The notes beneath the pieces are model-generated. The model saw only the letters and a list, made by a program, of their open reading frames with translations, had not been told where the DNA came from and did no database searches. DNA of 64,000 nt from Eledone cirrhosa (taxonomy: Eukaryota), in NCBI GenBank assembly GCA_964016885.1, contig OZ024741.1, forward strand, positions 80,104,001 through 80,168,000, in the 5' to 3' direction. The position numbers were made by a program, and so were the translations under genes. Below, piece after piece: positions 37,677 through 52,853 of the stretch (position 1 is the first letter of the stretch; each line of letters starts with the position of its first letter).

Positions 37677-38137
37677 ATGCCCACACGGAAACGTTCAAGA
37701 CTTACCTCCAAAAAAGGTACAGCTATTGCTTTGAGACAACGAATTAGGCGTTCTCAGGTATGAGTTCATTCACAATTGATTAATCCTTTATGCAATTTAC
37801 CTTGATTCCCTTTTGTTCATGTTAGACTTTTCTCATTTACTATTGACACTGCCATTGGCTTAGCTAACCAGTAGAATTAATTAATTTTCTCTAGGAATCA
37901 CCTGCTGAGCGCGAATCTCGACTCGCTGATAGACGTCTTTCCCGGCTGGTTGAGTCACCAACATCACGTACGACAAGGCTTGCTGATGTTCGCCTTCGTC
38001 GCCAACAAGCGCTGACGGAGGAATCACCAACATCCCGTCAGACGAGGCTTGAGGCTGTGGCAAAGGGCAATAACCCTAGATACAATTTTGATCAACTTTT
38101 TTTCACCTATAGCAAATTTACCGGGACAGGTTTTTAG
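37677..38137 (+). CDS. Putative two-exon 107-aa ORF: truncated Helitron RepHel N-terminus with STPR-like repeats (intron 37758-37894)
   Basis: MPTRKRSRLTSKKGTAIALRQRIRRSQ | ESPAERESRLADRR..ESPTSRTTRLADVR..EESPTSRQTRLEAV; cag|gtatga donor and ttttctctag|g acceptor, in frame. Confidence 0.6.
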
Positions 38138-39259
38138 CTACTCAAATCTACTTCAGAGATCACGCATTGATGTAAAAAATCAATAAAACTGAAGCGGGGC
38201 TCAACGTTGCGCAAAAAAACAAGGCAAAGTTACACATGGGAAAACTTTTTACAGGAACGTCCTATATTCTTGAAAACTGTCACAAAAGACTCGCCATTAT
38301 GCCGCGGTTAAGATAAAGGCCCTTTTAATTCTTCTTCTGCACATGTGAGCGCAAAAATTGTAAAAAAAAAAAAAACCTGAAAGTAATCGACATTTTCACC
38401 TTGCTTTAAATTAACTGAACATTCAATATCAAGCGATTTTGACTTCCGTCAGTCGTGCAGAGAACAATTTCAACGATACACTGTGTAACTACAATTAATA
38501 AATTACACACCTGTGTCTACTAACCTATTTTTTTCCATTGAAGTTCGAAGTTTTGAACCTGTGATGCGCGGGAAGTAACTTTCACACATTCTAACAGACC
38601 AAAGGTCGACTTACACCCGGGCAACGCCAGGTACTTCTGCTAGTATATATATATAAGGGAACAATGAATCAGTGTTGCATCATATACATATTTAATTACA
38701 TATTACATATGTTTCACTGTCGATCAGCTCGAGGAATGATCTATTAATGATCGAACCTGACTCTGGAATCGCAAGCTCCTCGGATATGTTTTGACATGTA
38801 GATTCGAGTCTACATGTTAATTTTTTTTTTTTTTTCGTTCGTTTGTCGACACATATTGTTGATTGCTGTCGTGCGTTACCTTTCCATTGTTATCCAAACT
38901 GTTTTTGAACATTTGATATTGCTTTATAATTAAACTAATCAGTATCTTCCTGCTGGTTAGTTTTTCACTACCTGTACTCCTTAAGGGCTAAACCTGTGTT
39001 TGTTTTTTAATCACGCCCCTCAATCTATTTTCAAAATAAGATGGTGAACACAAAAATTCTTCCACTGCATTCAAAAGCAGTCTTTCCGCAAGACAGAACA
39101 GCCGGCTATCCACCAACTTCACCACTGTCACCATTACAGACACCGCCAACAGATGCAACAACAACAACAACAGTAACAATACCAACAACAAAAACAGCAG
39201 GCTGTCAACAAGATTGATCAGCCAAAGTTCCAAGAACGACAGCCGCAGCAACAGCAACT

Positions 39260-39620
39260 ATGAATGGGAAAATTACGAGGCGGTAAGGGCAAAGATCTCA
39301 GAGATCTCATCGAAAGTGAATATCTGGTGAATATTGGCCTGCGTCTTCCTAGAAGGAAGCAACGCCTTCCTTGAGGTGAAAAGAACTAGAAAGAAAAAAC
39401 TGGTCTAGGATCAGTGTGGAGATACTACTCCACATCAAACCAGATGACATCCACAGGGTCCCTGACTTCACTCGCCTTCCAGGAGGTTGGATGTGCAGGT
39501 TATGATTTAGGGCAGACGACCTCATTACTATCTGTGTGAGCAAGCTAGTCACTTGAGAGCTTTCTGCACTTAACAAAAGACATGGAACCACAAGACCCCT
39601 TTGCTGCCAACACCAGAACC
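39260..39620 (+). pseudogene. Old relic of Tx1-family ORF1
   Basis: Translates with stops and frameshifts to ILACVFLEG..EVKRTRK..NWSRISVEILLHIKPD..GRRPHYYLCEQASHLRAFC..KTPLLPTP, homologous to E2 ORF1. Confidence 0.75.
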
Positions 39621-40360
39621 TCGAAATCCAGAACAACAGTAGCACTAACCTCGGTAGCAGCAGCAAAATCAACATTTCTCTTTGAAAAGATGAAATAAAA
39701 ATATTAAACGAACATCTGTATGCCATATTGACGTATCTTGAATGTAAACTTAAATCTTCTACCCTCAAATAAATCTTTGAATCTTAATATTTTTCTACCG
39801 GTGTTAAAAGTAGACTACGGAAGTTTCTCTTTAAACATAATTTTCTCATTTCTCTTTTAAAAGTGCACCAGGTGAAATGAGAAAAAATACTGCTGACTTT
39901 TTCAACATCTACCTTTTTGTAAAAAAAATTTCTACACTAGTGAATTTGAAAGAAAATACATAAATCGGTTAGGCCTGAAGATAACATCCACGTTTCTCAG
40001 TTATGAAACAGCTCTGATTTTGATGAATCAAAACCGAAACACTATCATTCAGTTCTTTAATATTTCCTAGTAATTTTGTTTCTTTACTATTTCTATGTCC
40101 GCATGTTTGATTTTGTCTTCATTTTTTCACATTAATTGATCCAATAAATATTTCTTGAATATAAATGTTTGAATACTGTATGAAACAGTTTAAGAGCAAG
40201 TGTTTTATTCACTTTCAATTATGGGAGGAATATTTCATTTGCTTTTAATTGATTTTTTAGTAATACCTAAAAAGATCTCCGACACATACTATACACATAC
40301 TATTTACATTCACTCATATATATTTATATATATTTATATATATATATATATATATATGAG

Positions 40361-40403
<43 letters not shown>

Positions 40404-40543
40404 TTCGGATCGAGCTGTCGTGACGGCCGGAGCTCACCCGTCGGAGTCCCGACTCTTTTCCTATTACGCACTCTACTACCCTAAGTATTGAGTACTCTGA
40501 ACCGTTATGGTCCACCTGGTATCTTACCACACTCTCTTTGTTT

Positions 40544-42350
<1,807 letters not shown>

Positions 42351-43899
42351 AGTCATTTGGGGACGCGGATGTCAGTCGGGGTGGCGGCGCGGGTCCATGG
42401 GATCCGACATTGCACCTTTGATTACTATGTATGTCGTGGGGGGCATGTCGGCACACCCAATGCTGCACATTTGGCTCTGTACTTTATCTTAAATACCGCC
42501 GTCGCAATAGCCAGGACACGACGGTTTAATTTCCATGGGTATACTCAATCCCGTCTCACCCATAAATAATGCACTCTGTTTCAACCACAGTACCCTACTC
42601 CGTTACAAGCTGTTTTTGAGTATTCCCTGCATATATATTCTTTTTTATGTAGTGTATGTATTTTCTCTACGTATCCCATTATGTAATGTTTTATGTAATT
42701 TTTCATGTACATTCTCATATGTATATCCTTTGCATTGTTCCTATGAGCTTCCCATATGTAATTTTGTTTATATGGGTTTTCTGTATGTGGATTATTTCAC
42801 GTTAACACCCTAAGCCAACTCACTCAGCGTGTGCATCAAAGTGTGTCTGCATTTACGTATATACTGCTACGTGAGATGTTGCGTGCATTCTTTGACGTAT
42901 TCGTTATATGCATTCTTTTTTTTTTTTATATTTTTTACGTATTTCTTCACGTAAATTTTCTTTGTGTATCCTTTGATGTACATCATTATATGCATGTTTC
43001 TATGTACTTTCCAAGTAGTTTTGTACATTTTCTTTTCATATGTAATTTGTTTATGTGATTTATATATGGAGTATCTCAAGTTAACACCCTAAGCCAGCCT
43101 ACTCAAGGTGTATAGGAGTGTGTGTCTATATGCGTATATAATGCTATGTGTGCAAGAGTACCCGCAGGGACATGTATATACACATACACACGCACATTTT
43201 TTAGTGTCTGTAATTATATATGCGTGTGCGCGTGGGCCAATATCCTTGTATCTGTACATGCGTACATATGGGTGCATATATATATATATATATATATGCG
43301 TGTGTGTGTGTATGTGTGTGTGTCTGTGTATACCGATATATATGAGTAGGCTTGGTTGCGTGCATACGTACGCGCGTGTATATGTGTGTGCGTGTGTGTG
43401 TATATATATGTGTCTGTATATATGGATATATATATATATGTATATCTGTGGGTCCGTGTATGTGTACATGTGTGCGTATATTTGTGTATGCATGTACCTA
43501 TATACGAGGGTGTGAATATATGCATGTGTACGTGTGTGCGCACACGCGTGATCGTACACGCGGTAGTATGTGTGTGTATGTCGGCACAGATAAGTGTGTG
43601 ATCAGGAGCTCGGAATGTCTGTCTATGTGTGAGCACACGTGTGTGTGGGTGTGGGTGTCGGACTACGGACACGCTAGGGACAGGCAAGGCAGATCAGAAC
43701 CCCATGACCATGTAGCAGTAATTCTGGCAACAGAATTAAGATGGGTGACAGCTCACGCCTGAATGGAAATGGTCAGTGGGCAGCTTTGAATGGTCAAACA
43801 TACAGATGACGCCGCGAACTCTTGACCAATCGATGGGCCGCGCAAACAGGATGATGGCAGATGATAAAAAAATGTAAGAGTCGGAGTCCAACAGACAGA

Positions 43900-44134
43900 G
43901 GATTTGCTTCGAAGCCAATAGACGTATCTGAGGAACTTGCGAATCCAGAGTCAGGTTCGATCCACAAATAGATCGCACCTCGAGCTGTTCGCCGGAGAAA
44001 CAATTGTAATACGTTAATAAATTGTTTCGATACATCACTGATTCTTCGTTTTCCATATTATTATACTCTGCTCCCAAGGAGCATAGAGTGCTCAACCGGC
44101 ATACCGCCTATGGAAGCATCCAAGCAACCTTACT

Positions 44135-44224
<90 letters not shown>

Positions 44225-44627
44225 GTATGTATGTATGTATGTATGTATATATATATATATATATATATAATATAAAACGATGTATCTGAACTCAATTTAT
44301 TGTGTGTTACAATTGTTTCGCCGGCGGACAGCTCGAGACACGATCATTGTGTGGATCTGTCTGATTCTGGATCCGCAGGTTCGACGGACACGTCTAATGA
44401 TTTCGGAGCAAATTCTCTCATTGGGGTGTTAGCGACAAAAACATCCTCTTCGTGCGTCCTGTTATTAGCTGCTGTTTTTCTACGTCATCGGAAACCTGAC
44501 CAACAGGTGTCATTTCTACTGACCATAGTCTGTCCCTTTCTGCCACACTTCGCTGAATTACTACTGGGTTTGGTAGTTCACACGTCCACGCGCGCACTCA
44601 CACACGCATATACACACACACGCGCAC

Positions 44628-44707
<80 letters not shown>

Positions 44708-46362
44708 ACATAGATAACAACATCCGTACGCATAGACTCCCGCTATACACACACACTTAAGGAGAACAGAAAAAACTATAGACATACGCATACACAGACG
44801 CCTGCCTACATGCCCATATACCTACAGGCACAGATACAGACTCGCTCACAAACACACACACAAAAAAAAATATATATATATAAGCATGCACATATATAAA
44901 CAATATAACCATACATATATACACATACATATATCTACACATATATATATACATCTATATGTACACATACGTATATACACATATATAAAATAAATATGCA
45001 ATATATTAAAAGTATAGGTATAACGTCACATAGGGATATATAAAAAAGAAGGAGAAACGTGTATGCGTATGAGATAGTACACAGGAGAAGCATGAGATAT
45101 ACAGAAAATATAATATGTGTTACAAGATGGAATACGTGGAGAGAATGGACTCTCTATTGAAAAGATACACATGCATGCATGAAGTGTCACTGTGGTTGAG
45201 GTATATTGTCCTATAGGTGTAATGCATTTGACTGAAAGTCAGTGGAATCCGAGTCAACCTGCCCCGGCTCAGGCGATGTTCTTGCCTAGGGTGACGTGTA
45301 GAGTCGGGTATGCATCCCGGGTTATTTCGGTTTACCCCCACGGGGCATATATAGTCATCAGGGTATGGTGTCTGATCCCTTGAACCCGTTTCGCCGCTCT
45401 GGTCGGCGCACGCTCCGCAACATGCCTTTAGCCCGGGCTTCCCGGTGGATTCGATGGGTGTCTTGAGCTGTCCGCCGGCGAAACAATTGTAACACACAAT
45501 AATTGGATCACATACTGGCAACTGAAGCTGGCTGTGGACAAGTGTACCACCATGCATTTTGGGAGGAAAAATCCAGCGTCCACATACTCCCTCCACAACA
45601 CTAATATCAAGAAGTCCTCTTGTGAACGTGACCTGGGCATTACTGTCAGCAGCGATTTGCGTTGGACAAAGCATGTCTCTAAGATTGTCAAGAAGGCTGA
45701 GGGTGTCTTGGCATCACTCAGCAAGACCCTTGTTAGCCGCTCTCCAACCATCTATTTAAAGCTGTATACAGCTATGGTACGACCACACATGGAATTCGCA
45801 TCATCAGTCGGGAACCCCTATCTTGCTCAGAACATTGACCTCCTGGAAACTGTTCAGAGACGTGCAACCAAGCGCATAGTCTCCATCAGACACCTACCAT
45901 ACTCTGAACGCCTTGCTTCCCTGGGCATGGATTCATTGAAGCTCCGACGTCTGGCAATGGACTTGGTAAACACCCACAAAGTTATTAACCATCTCGCCAA
46001 CAGCAACCCTGAGCATCTTTTTGATCTCCATGAGTCTAACACACGTAGACATGCCTACAAAATCAGAAAACAGCACAGCTCCAATGACTTTTGGAAACAT
46101 TTTTTCACGCTCAGAGTTGCTGAAGCATGGAACAAACTGCCTGCGTCAGTTGTTAGCTGCCGAGACACTGCATCTTTTAAAACCCTCATGCTTCCCAAAA
46201 TTCGCCAAAACTACACCTGATGTACCCCTTCCATACACATGCACTCATGTGTATATCATGACTCATGCACTTTTCATTTTCCTGACGTTTGTGCATTACC
46301 CTATGTACTATACATGCACTTTTTGATGAGTTGTAGTGCATCTGAACACTGTACACAATATT

Positions 46363-46397
<35 letters not shown>

Positions 46398-46510
46398 AAT
46401 TGAGTTCAGATGCATCACTGATTTTTCGTTTTATATTATATCATACTCTGCTCTGTAAGAGCATAGAGTGCTCAACCGGCATACAGCCTATGAAAGCATC
46501 TTAGCTACCA
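43900..46510. repeat. Three copies of a pLTR-like repeat in alternating orientation (+43900-44135, -44270-44400, +45458-45500/46396-46510); related copy at -38700-38790
   Basis: Shared ctcgagctg..gaaacaattgta motif; the two + copies also share actctgctc..gagcatagagtgctcaaccggcatac; third copy split by a CR1. Confidence 0.75.
45505..46395 (+). mobile_element. 5'-truncated CR1-clade LINE with (ATT)n tail
   Basis: ORF 45534-46220: KCTTMHFG..ERDLGI..LYTAMVRPHMEFAS..LETVQRRATK..YSERL..FFTLRVAEAWNKLP. Confidence 0.93.
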
Positions 46511-46513
46511 TCA

Positions 46514-46553
<40 letters not shown>

Positions 46554-46588
46554 TATATATATATATATATATTTACAAATATATATAT

Positions 46589-47235
46589 AATTGTTTCTAC
46601 TTTTTGGCACAAGGCCAGCAATTACCCAGTGCATTACTGGTACTTTATTTTATCGACCCCGTAAGGATGAAAGGCAAAGTTAACCTCGGCAGGATTTGAA
46701 CTCAGAATGGCAAGGGCCGTAACTCTATGCGTCAAAGCATGGCGTCCGACCCTCTACCGATACTGCCAATCCACCGCCATCATATATATATATATAATTG
46801 TTTCTACTTTTGGCACAAGGCCAGCAATTACCCAATGCATTACTGGTACTTTATTCTATCGACCCCGGAAGGATAACAATTTTAGGAAAGGGGAAAATCG
46901 ATTAAAGCGATACCAGTGCGTTACTGGTACTTTATTTTATCGACCCCGTAAGGATAAAAGGCAAAACTAACCTCGGCGGGATTTGATCTCAGCACGTAAA
47001 GGTCCGTAACTCTATGTCAAAAAGCATGCTGTGCATGCTCTAAATAATTGTTTCTACTTTTGACACAAGGCCAGCAATTATCCCAGTGTATTACTGGTAC
47101 TTTATTTTATCGACCCCATAAGGATGACAGGCAAAGTTAAAATCGGTGGGATTTGAACTCAGACCATAAAGGGCCGTAACTCTCTGCTGCAAAGCATGGT
47201 GTCCGACCCTCTACCGATACTGCCAATCCACCGCC
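46589..47235 (-). mobile_element. Three tandem tRNA-derived SINE copies (46589-46778, 46796-47040, 47046-47235)
   Basis: A-box tggcagtatcgg, B-box gagttcaaatcc, Nin-like core cctttcatcctt..ggggtcgataaaat..gtaccag, tail tggccttgtgccaaaagtagaaacaatt. Confidence 0.92.
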
Positions 47236-48394
47236 CCTAATAATAATAAATATTTATTCACAACACAATGTGTATTAGAAAATATCAGACAAATTTAATA
47301 TAGGTATAGCTATAGTTTATATTATAGGCCTCGCTGTGAAAACGTAAACAAATATATATATATACGTGGTTATCTTATTCGTATATAATGAATATTGAGA
47401 TTGTTTTTACATGTTTCACAGCTTCTTGGCTGTTCGTCAGAAGGTGTGTACCTTCACATACACCCAATTCTGATAAACGGCCAATGAGATGTGAACATGT
47501 AAATTCAATCCTAATATTCTTTTGGGTACGGAAAGAAAATAATAATAAATTTACATTTGTTAGCATTTTCACAGCGAAGATTGTAATTCAAACTGTAGGC
47601 ACAATTAGATTGACTTATATAAATATTGTGCACGAATATTTATCATTTAAATAATCACGTCACCTGAGTACTCCGGGGCGGTGGGAGCATTTCTTAATTG
47701 AGGGGAGGTGTAAATTTGGTCCATTTAGTTGTAGTGATTAGTTTGGCTATTTCCATTCTAAAATGGTCAGGAATGCAATAAACATAACATGTACATAAAT
47801 TGTAGGGCATATCCAAATAGATGTTTTGGTAGTTTGGTGAGAAAATATAATTATTGGGGAGCTATGCCACCCCCACCCCCCACCCCCTCACTAGTTCCAC
47901 TGTCACTGGTACGGAGTGAGTCAATGTCACTGATGATGGATTAAAAAGTTCTAAAACACTAGTATCTAGCATCTTCACATGGCTATTGAGATAACTTTAA
48001 TACATAAACATATCGTATATGCCACCTACACACACACACACACACACACATACATAAAGAAAAACATACACGCACTCAACGAGTTTTACAAAAAAAGATG
48101 GCAGTGAAACAAAGTGAAGAATTCTAAAGAAAATTATGGATATAACCAAATTAGAAAGTTTTATGTGGGAGCGGTGTTATCAAGTTTGATAAAGACTTTG
48201 GCTTTAGTCAAATTGATATGTGAATCTAATTAGTCACATTGCTTAACAGTTCAAATTCTGTACATGATTGGCCTGTGATTTAACCAATCAGGGTTCATCG
48301 TAGGGATAGTAATTTCACATACATTTGTAGTTTAAAGTTAATTAAATCCCTAATCTGGGACGCCATGTGCTACGATTCATTCTCCAAACTTGTC

Positions 48395-48540
48395 GCTTCG
48401 ATCGCAAAGCCGGACACAGTCGCTCGTAATGCAGGAGAGGGAGATAACCAAATACCGAGGTTTGACCGACCGCTTCCTTTTCGCCTCGATGGCCGTTGAG
48501 ACCTTATGTGTCCTCAGTCCACGAACTGTTGTTTTTCTCC
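48395..48540 (+). mobile_element. CRE-clade RLE fragment
   Basis: EREITKYRGLTDRFLFASMAVETLCVLSPRT. Confidence 0.7.
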
Positions 48541-49399
48541 GTTGTTTAATTTCTCTTTTCTTTTTCTTCTTTTCCCTCTCTTTCTTTTTCATTTCCTTAT
48601 TGCTATTTTTATTGTACAGTTTTTAACACATTTACTTTTGATAATTTTAGTTCCTTATCAAAATTTAACCTTAGAATGTTTTTCCATCCGTGAAATACAA
48701 AGGCTAAACTAGACATAATGTCGCCTCGCGTTAGCAAATTTGATAGACAGTACACTGACTGAGGCGTGTCACATTTGTCTAGACCAAGCTGTTAAGATCC
48801 ATTAAATATTTGTATTTGGTCGGAATGACCCTAACATAATTTCTCTTGGGGATTAATAATAGCTAAACTTTGATCTCTGGATTATTGCCGGCTGCATTTG
48901 CAGTTAAAGAGATACATATTCTCATACATTGTATCGATAATAAATTTTCTAATAATTAATTGTATAGATAAGGTAAATGTTTTAATAAAAACTGTGATGG
49001 CAGGAGTTTTAACAATTCCCTCGCCGTCCTCCGGGGAAACGCCTTCTCCATTCTGTCCACCGGGGCTGTGGATGAGCCCCATCGCGTACTATTGTAGTTG
49101 TTGTAGAAGAAACAGAAAGACAACATCTAATCTAATATGTACTTCGTTAAGGTATTGTTCTCAAAATAAATAACATCGAAACTATTTGATAATAATCATC
49201 ATTAATTATTATTACATTAGTAGCAGCAATGTTTATTGATAGTATTCTTCAAGATATTACTAGTAATAGGGTTGTAATAACGAATTAAAATTTATTTATG
49301 GAATATATCATGTAAATAGAGTTTAATGGAAAAAGAAAATTTACATTGAGAAGATCGAATGGAATGTAAAGTAGGAAAATATAAAGAGAAAAGAAAAAA

Positions 49400-49640
49400 A
49401 CGGAAAATGGAGGGAGTGGCAAGGACTCTAGTGACGCAGAAGAATGGGGAAGGAGGGCGGATGATTGGGCTCTGTGCCTAGGGCGCGGTGGTATAAGGGC
49501 TGTGCCCCGCGGACAAGACCGCAATGGCATTCCTGCGGACAATGGCCAACGACACCCGCTGCAACAGCCACTCCACCTCGCAGGGCTCCTTCCTCAGACG
49601 AGCCGCCGACCTTCCGATCTTGCGGAGGAGCTCGACTCTA
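49400..49640 (-). mobile_element. CRE-clade 3' end fragment
   Basis: Nucleotide similarity to 26460-26675; abuts an AAT-rich tract. Confidence 0.8.
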
Positions 49641-49911
49641 CAATAATAATCATATTGCTAATAGCAATAGGAAGGGTTGTAATAGTAATCACATTGATTC
49701 CTAGATTTTATGCCTCCATTTTTTAAGCGAAGGATATATAACATTTTCCTAGGGATTATAAACTTTTACACTTTGTATCGATAATAAACTTCTTAATGTG
49801 GACTGCATCAATGGTAGCGAAACTAGTAATAGTAAGTTTCCTTATTTAACAGTAATAGTTTAATGATATCTTATCATTTACACTATAAATATTAATAAGG
49901 TTATAATAATA

Positions 49912-50215
49912 ATGAAAATTCAAACAAATCAGTATATTGAACATTCACATCCAGATATTGTTATATTCAATAAAGAAGAAAGGGTATATTGGCTTATTTT
50001 TGTTGTTTCCTTATTTAACACTAGAGTGCTAGAAAAAGAACGCGAGGAAATAGAAAATTACCAAGATCTGAAATACGTAACAGAGAATCTAGAATTGTTG
50101 TAAAGTTATTATCCCAATTATAATAGGAGCCTTAAAGATAATGTCGAGAAGTTTAAATGGTTGGTTTAAGATGATGGATATAAAGGTGAATTTCATAACT
50201 CTACAGAAGGCTCAT
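49912..50215 (+). pseudogene. Old R4/Dong RLE fragment starting at an (AAT)n tract
   Basis: KIQTNQYIEHSHPDIVIFNKEER..NTRVLEKEREEIENYQDLK..LQKA resembles the C-terminus of 52854-56246. Confidence 0.78.
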
Positions 50216-50224
50216 TTGTTTGTA

Positions 50225-50905
50225 CCTTCATCCTCAACTCTCTTTCATAGACGTCCTCCTCAAAAAATGGGACACCATCGTTTGCAACATCACTTCGGAC
50301 AGGCTGGTGCGCCGACTCGGCAAGCACCGTCAGGCATGTTTTCGCTCGGCCACCCAACCTCACAGTAGTGCGTGGCTCAACACAGTTCCATCACTTGCGA
50401 CTGACACTCAGCTGGACAGTGACTGCTTGCGCATTAGTGATTCTCTGAGGTTCAGCCTCCGGATCTGTGAGCTTCACAAATGCTGCTGCGGTGCCACTGT
50501 GGATCATTTCGGTCTCCACCTGCTATCATGCTGATACAGTGCTGGCCGCCTCCTAAGCCATGCTGCACTCAACGAGGTCATAAGGCATGGCCTGTACGGC
50601 GCTGGTTTCTTTTCTCAGCTCGAGCCAACGCGGCTTGACCAATGGGACGGCAAAATGCCAGACGGCATGACAATATTCCCGTCCCGTGGAGGTAGGCCCT
50701 TCATCTGGGATGCCACATGCTGTAACACCTTCTCTAATGGCGACTGGGTGCGTTTGGCTACCAGCCCATACTCTTCTGCTCGCCAGACCGAAGAGGACAA
50801 ACTGTCCAAGTATCGGTTGCACTCTGGTAGGTTTGTGTTAGAGCCTGTAGTAGTGAAGACTTCAGGTGTTCTTGGTCCCCGGACCACATCCTTGCTCACT
50901 ACTAT
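50225..50905 (+). mobile_element. CRE-clade fragment (zinc knuckle plus RLE)
   Basis: SAWLNTVPS..CCCGATVDHFGLHLLSC..HAALNEVI..DGKMPDGMTIFP..WDATCCNT..KLSKY..PVVVKTSGVLGP. Confidence 0.85.
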
Positions 50906-51391
50906 TTTTTAATCAGTCATTTCTTTTTAATGTTTACTTAAAATCTGGAAAAATCGTAGGCGCGAGGTGCAGCGAGAGGTATGAAAAAGAGAAGTAGCGT
51001 GACAGGCGCTAAATCAAAATAAAGTAACGTGATGCTCGATAAAAATACTGAAATTAGTTTACAAAAAACAGAAAAATACACACAAAAAAAATCCATATTA
51101 AAACAAATATACGGATACATAGATAATAATAACCACAGCCTTATATCTGAAAATGATGAGTTTTGTAACATAAATAACAGCAATTACAACAACAATGACA
51201 CTAACTTTGACACAAACGTCATTCGCCAACGTAGCATCCAATAAAGTTGAAATATGCATTCCTCATTGTCCAAAGAATATTTCCAGAATCGAGCAAGGAA
51301 GAAATTGATTTGCCTTTATCACTTTAGCCTTCAAAAAATGAATTTTAAGAGACACTACCTGAATTTTAAGAGTCACTATCTGCGCAAAGGC

Positions 51392-51393
<2 letters not shown>

Positions 51394-51461
<68 letters not shown>
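51394..51461. repeat. (AAT)n microsatellite
   Basis: Direct reading. Confidence 0.97.
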
Positions 51462-51462
<1 letters not shown>

Positions 51463-51641
51463 TGATTCTCATAAAGGGAAGAAGACGCACGAGGTGACGG
51501 AGGTCATGAAATCGCTCCCGTAAGTTTTGAATTTTTAACATATTTAAATCATTTGTGAAATAACAACTCTTAGTACAAATGCTACGTAAAGCACCCGGCT
51601 TGAGCCCCAAAAAAATTCGGACCCAAAATATATTGTTATAA

Positions 51642-52278
51642 GGCTCAAATATTCAAATATTCAACTTTGTATTGTACACTGTATATCCAAAAAAAAATGG
51701 CTATAAATGGAAGAAGAAGAACCCCCCTCCTCTCCTCTGGCTACACTATATAGGACAGCTAAACTCACCAACACCAGAAACTAGATACACCACCCACCCC
51801 ATCATCTGTGTACACTAAACACAACAGCATTTTCACCTTCACCGCCACCGCTCACTACGGCCATCATTACCACCACTATCCCATCACCGCCGCCACCACC
51901 CCTTGACTCCTTCACTGCTGCTGCCACCGCTACAGCACCATCACTACAGTAATACGGCTCAAATATTCAAATATTCAACTTTGTATTGTACACTGTATAT
52001 CCAAAAAAAATAAAATGGCTATAAATGGAAGAAGAAGAACCCCCCCCCCCTCCTCTCCTCTGGCTACACTATATAGGACAGCGAAACTCACCAACACCAG
52101 AAACTAGATACACCACCCACCCCATCATCTGTGTACACTAAACACAACAGCATTTTCACCTTCACCGCCACCGCTCACTACGGCCATCATTACCACCACT
52201 ATCCCATCACCGCCGCCACCACCCCTTGACTCCTTCACTGCTGCTGCCACCGCTACAGCACCATCACTACAGTAATAC
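51642..52278. repeat. Tandem duplication of ~314-323 bp
   Basis: 51642-51955 and 51956-52278 differ mainly in homopolymer lengths. Confidence 0.93.
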
Positions 52279-52853
52279 GGTCGCATCACCGCCACCACTG
52301 CCTCGGTATCGACATCACCACCACCACTGTCTCAGTATCGCCAACGCCGCCAGTCTCTGCTGGCTGCCACTTCCACATTATAGAATTCTTACTACTAACA
52401 AAGAGAAAGGCATCAAAATATATAGATAGACTCAAAAGAAAAAAGAAAAAACAAACAACAAAAGCAGCACAGCAACAACAGCAAAAAACGAGAAAAACAA
52501 ACAGAGAAAAACAAAAACAAAAAAAGAAACCCCAAAAACGTAAAGAAAATAAGAATGAAGAGAGAAGCAGGCGGACGGACAGAGAAGAGGGGGGGAAAAG
52601 TAAAACTTAAAAAACAAAAACTAAGTCAGACATTCGAATACTACATTACAATGAAACTTATGCTTATTCATTTTTGGGGCCCTTTCTGCCCGTGTGTTTG
52701 TTTGTTTATGTGTGTCCGTATACAGCGTGGTGATAATGCCACACAAGGGCCAAGTGGGATGGCGGATCCACAGATGGCTATGTAAACATACATTCGCCAA
52801 TCCTCGATAAGAGTGTTTAAATATCGAACATAAACAGTTCGAATAACGGTGAA

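Larger units (their letters stand above)
36228..38643 (+). mobile_element. Non-autonomous Helitron D
   Basis: A|TCTATATATATATAAAG start; hairpin cccgggcaacgccagg plus CTAG|T end. Confidence 0.85.

Noticed and set aside
42801-43112. gttaacaccctaagcca repeated twice as a telomeric signal
   Set aside because: Single CCCTAA per unit within low-complexity sequence; not an array
45320-45365. Further hammerhead cores (also ~39975-40010 and ~47928-47965)
   Set aside because: CUGANGA present but GAAA, stem III or the cleavage triplet is broken; too decayed to call
46589-47235. Possible CRISPR-like array or tRNA genes
   Set aside because: Units are SINE copies with A/B boxes but no cloverleaf and no unique spacers; eukaryotic context
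52770-52853. Canonical HDV-like ribozyme
   Set aside because: No G1, P1.1 or correctly placed catalytic C; kept only as an unexplained pseudoknot
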